A DNA stretch of 51,780 nucleotides, taken from the NCBI GenBank assembly GCA_034670305.1, contig JAXMNT010000055.1, positions 1-51,780 of the forward strand, given 5' to 3'. A program made the translations under genes and the position numbers. Origin of the DNA: Deltaproteobacteria bacterium (GTDB lineage Bacteria > Myxococcota_A > Polyangia > Polyangiales > Houyiibacteriaceae). The notes beneath the pieces are model-generated. The model saw nothing but the letters and a program-made list of their open reading frames with translations. It searched no databases and was not told the DNA's origin. Below are positions 49,339-51,780 of the stretch, in pieces. Position 1 is the first letter of the stretch; each line of letters begins with the position of its first letter.

Positions 49339-49770
49339 CTACTTCTTTTTCTTCGCGCGCATCTTCATGATGAGCGCGTCGAGACTGAAGCGGCCGGGTC
49401 CCGTCAGGAGCAGGGCGAGGTATCCGAACATGTAGACGAACGCGAGCTCTTTGCGGCCGAAGGGATCGTCGCCGTGCACGATGAAGAACGCGACCGCCAT
49501 CGTCGTCAGCAACGGAATGCAGGCGAGCCGCGTCAGCAGCCCCACCACCAGGCCAAGGGAACAGAACACCTCGGCGAAGACGGCGAGCGCCAGGCTCGCG
49601 CCAACGCCCACCCCGATGGGATCGCCGAACTGAAGCGGCTCGTCCCCGAAGAACTGCATGAACTTGCCCCAGCCGTGGCTGAGCATGGTCGCGCCAAGCG
49701 CGAGCCTGAGCACGAGCAAGCCGACGTCGTTCAACAGACGTCGGCGTTCTTCGGTCAGACCAATCCCCAC
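49339..49770 (-). CDS. DoxX family membrane protein
   Basis: GLLVLRLALG..MLSHGWGK, FAEVFCS..GLLTRLA, KELA, GPGRFSLD. Start uncertain (GTG 49770 or TTG 49734). Confidence 0.88.
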   Translation of the reverse strand: MGIGLTEERRRLLNDVGLLVLRLALGATMLSHGWGKFMQFFGDEPLQFGDPIGVGVGASLALAVFAEVFCSLGLVVGLLTRLACIPLLTTMAVAFFIVHGDDPFGRKELAFVYMFGYLALLLTGPGRFSLDALIMKMRAKKKK

Positions 49771-50105
49771 TTCGCCTTGTTCTCGGTGACCGACTCGGGC
49801 GAGGGCTGATCCTTGTCCGCGTGCGTCGGGACCTCGAAGTCGTCCTTCAGGTCGACGATGAGCGCGTTGTGCTCGGTGTCTTCCTTGAAGACCTCCGGCA
49901 CGGCCACATCCTCGTAGATCGCTTCCCACGGACACTCGGGCTCGCATGCGCCGCAGTCGATGCACTCGTCCGGGTCGATGTAGAGCTGGTTCGGGAACTT
50001 CTCCGCGTCCCCGCCCGTGTAAGCGTAGATGCATTCCACCGGACACACGTCGACACACGCTTGGTCGACACAATCACGGCAAAGTCGGGTGATGACCCAG
50101 GCCAT
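49755..50105 (-). CDS. Dicluster ferredoxin (FdxA-like)
   Basis: CRDCVDQACVDVCPVECIY and IDPDECIDCGACEPECP. Confidence 0.93.
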   Translation of the reverse strand: MAWVITRLCRDCVDQACVDVCPVECIYAYTGGDAEKFPNQLYIDPDECIDCGACEPECPWEAIYEDVAVPEVFKEDTEHNALIVDLKDDFEVPTHADKDQPSPESVTENKAKWGLV

Positions 50106-50269
50106 CGGGCTCTCCTTCTCGAGGGATCAGACGAACCGCTGCGACGGCAGCGCTCCAAGCCGAACCCGATCTCGCAGACGGGGTCGACCCGCGGTGGGTA
50201 TGGAGCCCAGTGCCGACAATTGCAAGGTTCCCGTTGCCCTCCGCGCCAGGTCCAGAGATGTTGAGGCCG

Positions 50270-50845
50270 ATGCCTGTTCGACCCATCGCGACCATCGGTG
50301 AACCTGTCCTGCGCGCACCGGCCCGTGCCCTGACCGCGGAAGAGCTCGCCGGTGAGTCCATCCAGCAGCTCGTCGACGATCTGATCGAGACGATGCGGGC
50401 CCAGAACGGCGCCGGACTGGCGGCGCCCCAAGTGTTCGAGCCGGTGCAAGTCTGCGTGATCGAAGTCGGGGACAACCCGCGCTACCCCTACAAGCCGAAG
50501 ATCCCGCTCACGGTGCTCGTCAACCCACGGCTCACCCCGCTCACGGAGGAGATCTTCGAGAACTACGAGGGCTGCCTCAGTGTTCCTGGCCTGCGCGGGG
50601 TGGTGCCTCGGGTGGTGGGCGTCCGGGTCGAAGCGTGGGATCGCATGGGCGAGCCGATCGACCAGGAGGTCTGGGGACTCAGCGCCGGGACCTACCAGCA
50701 CGAGACCGACCACCTCTTCGGGACGCTCTTTGTCGACCGGGTCGAAGACACCAAAACACTTTGCACCTGGGATGCATTCGACCGCCATCACCGGGCTGGG
50801 TTCGTCGCCCGAGTCGAAGCCCTGGTCGCTCGGTTCGGCAGCTGA
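50270..50845 (+). CDS. def: Peptide deformylase
   Basis: GAGLAAPQV, EGCLSVP, QHETDHL. Confidence 0.95.
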   Translation: MPVRPIATIGEPVLRAPARALTAEELAGESIQQLVDDLIETMRAQNGAGLAAPQVFEPVQVCVIEVGDNPRYPYKPKIPLTVLVNPRLTPLTEEIFENYEGCLSVPGLRGVVPRVVGVRVEAWDRMGEPIDQEVWGLSAGTYQHETDHLFGTLFVDRVEDTKTLCTWDAFDRHHRAGFVARVEALVARFGS

Positions 50846-50892
50846 GAGGGGAAGAACCCCTACAAACTACGGATCTGCTTGAATTGGTGTTC

Positions 50893-51657
50893 ATGGTCGT
50901 TCACTTTGCGAACGTGTCTCACGCAACCGAAGTCGCACCGCCCGCCACCCGCCGTTCCAAACGCCGCAAGGAAACCACCCAGCGGATCTTGAACGCAGCA
51001 ATGAAACTCATGACCGAGCATGGCTACGAGGCCTTCACCATCGCTCGGTTGGCCGGTGATCTCGGATACGCGGTCGGTGCCCTCTACCGCTACTTCAAGG
51101 GCAAGGACGCCATCCTTGCCGCGCTCCAGCGCCAGGTCGTGGACGTGATTCGGGACGACCTGACCCTGAGTGGAGAAGCCACCGACGACGCGCTCACCGG
51201 CTCCGACACGGAAGCGTTCTCGGCCCTGCTTCACATCGTGACCGGCATCGGAACGTACGAGTCTCTGACCCGGCGTCGTCCGACCCACTACCGATTGCTC
51301 GCGCTCTCGCTCGGCGACCCGCGAGAACTCTTGGCCGACGAGATGGTCGACGCCGGCATCCTGCAACCCCTGCAAGCGGTGCTCGCTGGAGTGGCGGCGC
51401 GGGTTACCCGCGCGCAGGAAGTCGGCGCGATCGATGCGGGCGATCCCATGCAGCGGACCGTCGTCGCGTGGGGCGCGGTCCAAGGCGTGATGCAGCTGCG
51501 CAAACTCGGCCGCTTCGACCCGCGCCTTCACAGCCGAGAGCTCACCGACATGCTTCTCGGCTCGCTGCTGATCGGGTGGGGTGCGGACCCGGCGGTGGTG
51601 CAGACTTTGTCGGCACGGGCCGAGCCCATCCTCGACGGCCTGCCGCACAGCGACTAG
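50893..51657 (+). CDS. TetR/AcrR family transcriptional regulator
   Basis: ILNAAMKLMTEHGYEAFTIARLA..LGYAVGALYRYFKGKDAIL. Start uncertain (50893 or 50914). Confidence 0.9.
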   Translation: MVVHFANVSHATEVAPPATRRSKRRKETTQRILNAAMKLMTEHGYEAFTIARLAGDLGYAVGALYRYFKGKDAILAALQRQVVDVIRDDLTLSGEATDDALTGSDTEAFSALLHIVTGIGTYESLTRRRPTHYRLLALSLGDPRELLADEMVDAGILQPLQAVLAGVAARVTRAQEVGAIDAGDPMQRTVVAWGAVQGVMQLRKLGRFDPRLHSRELTDMLLGSLLIGWGADPAVVQTLSARAEPILDGLPHSD

Positions 51658-51658
51658 C

Positions 51659-51780
51659 AGCAACTGTATTCGCAGCCGCGACTCAAGTCACCTCGGGTGA
51701 CCAGTCGGTGCCGCTGCGGATCATGGCGTTGAGGACGGTGAGTAGCTTCCGGGCGACAGCTGTCAGGGCAACCTTGCTCG
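51659..51780 (-). mobile_element. Right end of an IS110-family insertion sequence (runs off the window)
   Basis: Transposase C-terminus followed by ...AATACAGTTGCT on the minus strand. Confidence 0.65.
51683..51780 (-). CDS. IS110-family transposase, C-terminal fragment (not in the ORF track)
   Basis: Manual translation SKVALTAVARKLLTVLNAMIRSGTDWSPEVT* matches the A.ARKL...NAM C-terminal pattern of IS110 transposases. Confidence 0.8.
   Translation of the reverse strand, partial: SKVALTAVARKLLTVLNAMIRSGTDWSPEVT

Overview
GC-rich bacterial DNA, most likely Myxococcota (Polyangia/Sandaracinus-like), inferred from a MYXO-CTERM-type tail, a Cys-rich lipoprotein, a gspC-to-gspN T2SS and an RpoH-like sigma factor. 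The core is a type II secretion operon (gspC-D-E-F-G'-G-H-I-J-K-L-M-N, 14184-29134). A second, orphan gspC-like gene (6969-7850) has an almost identical sigma-54 promoter. A sigma-54 activator gene lies nearby, and a shared 11-bp palindromic motif occurs upstream of all three genes. Other genes: a radical SAM repair gene with a candidate LexA box, rpoH-like sigma, rsmI, a PP2C-cNMP phosphatase, an EGF-CHAP protein, a large di-heme peroxidase-like surface protein, cardiolipin synthase, a partial His-Xaa-Ser radical SAM cluster (hxsD, hxsD-like, hxsB), ferredoxin, DoxX, def, TetR and the 3' end of an IS110 transposase. The most unusual locus is 37619-39176. There an HUH/Y1 (RAYT-like) nuclease gene is flanked by two diverged ~283-bp inverted copies of a non-coding element with invariant, precisely spaced blocks and structure-preserving substitutions, and the module is bounded by a 12-bp AT-rich direct repeat. 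All family calls come from motif recognition by eye; no searches were run.
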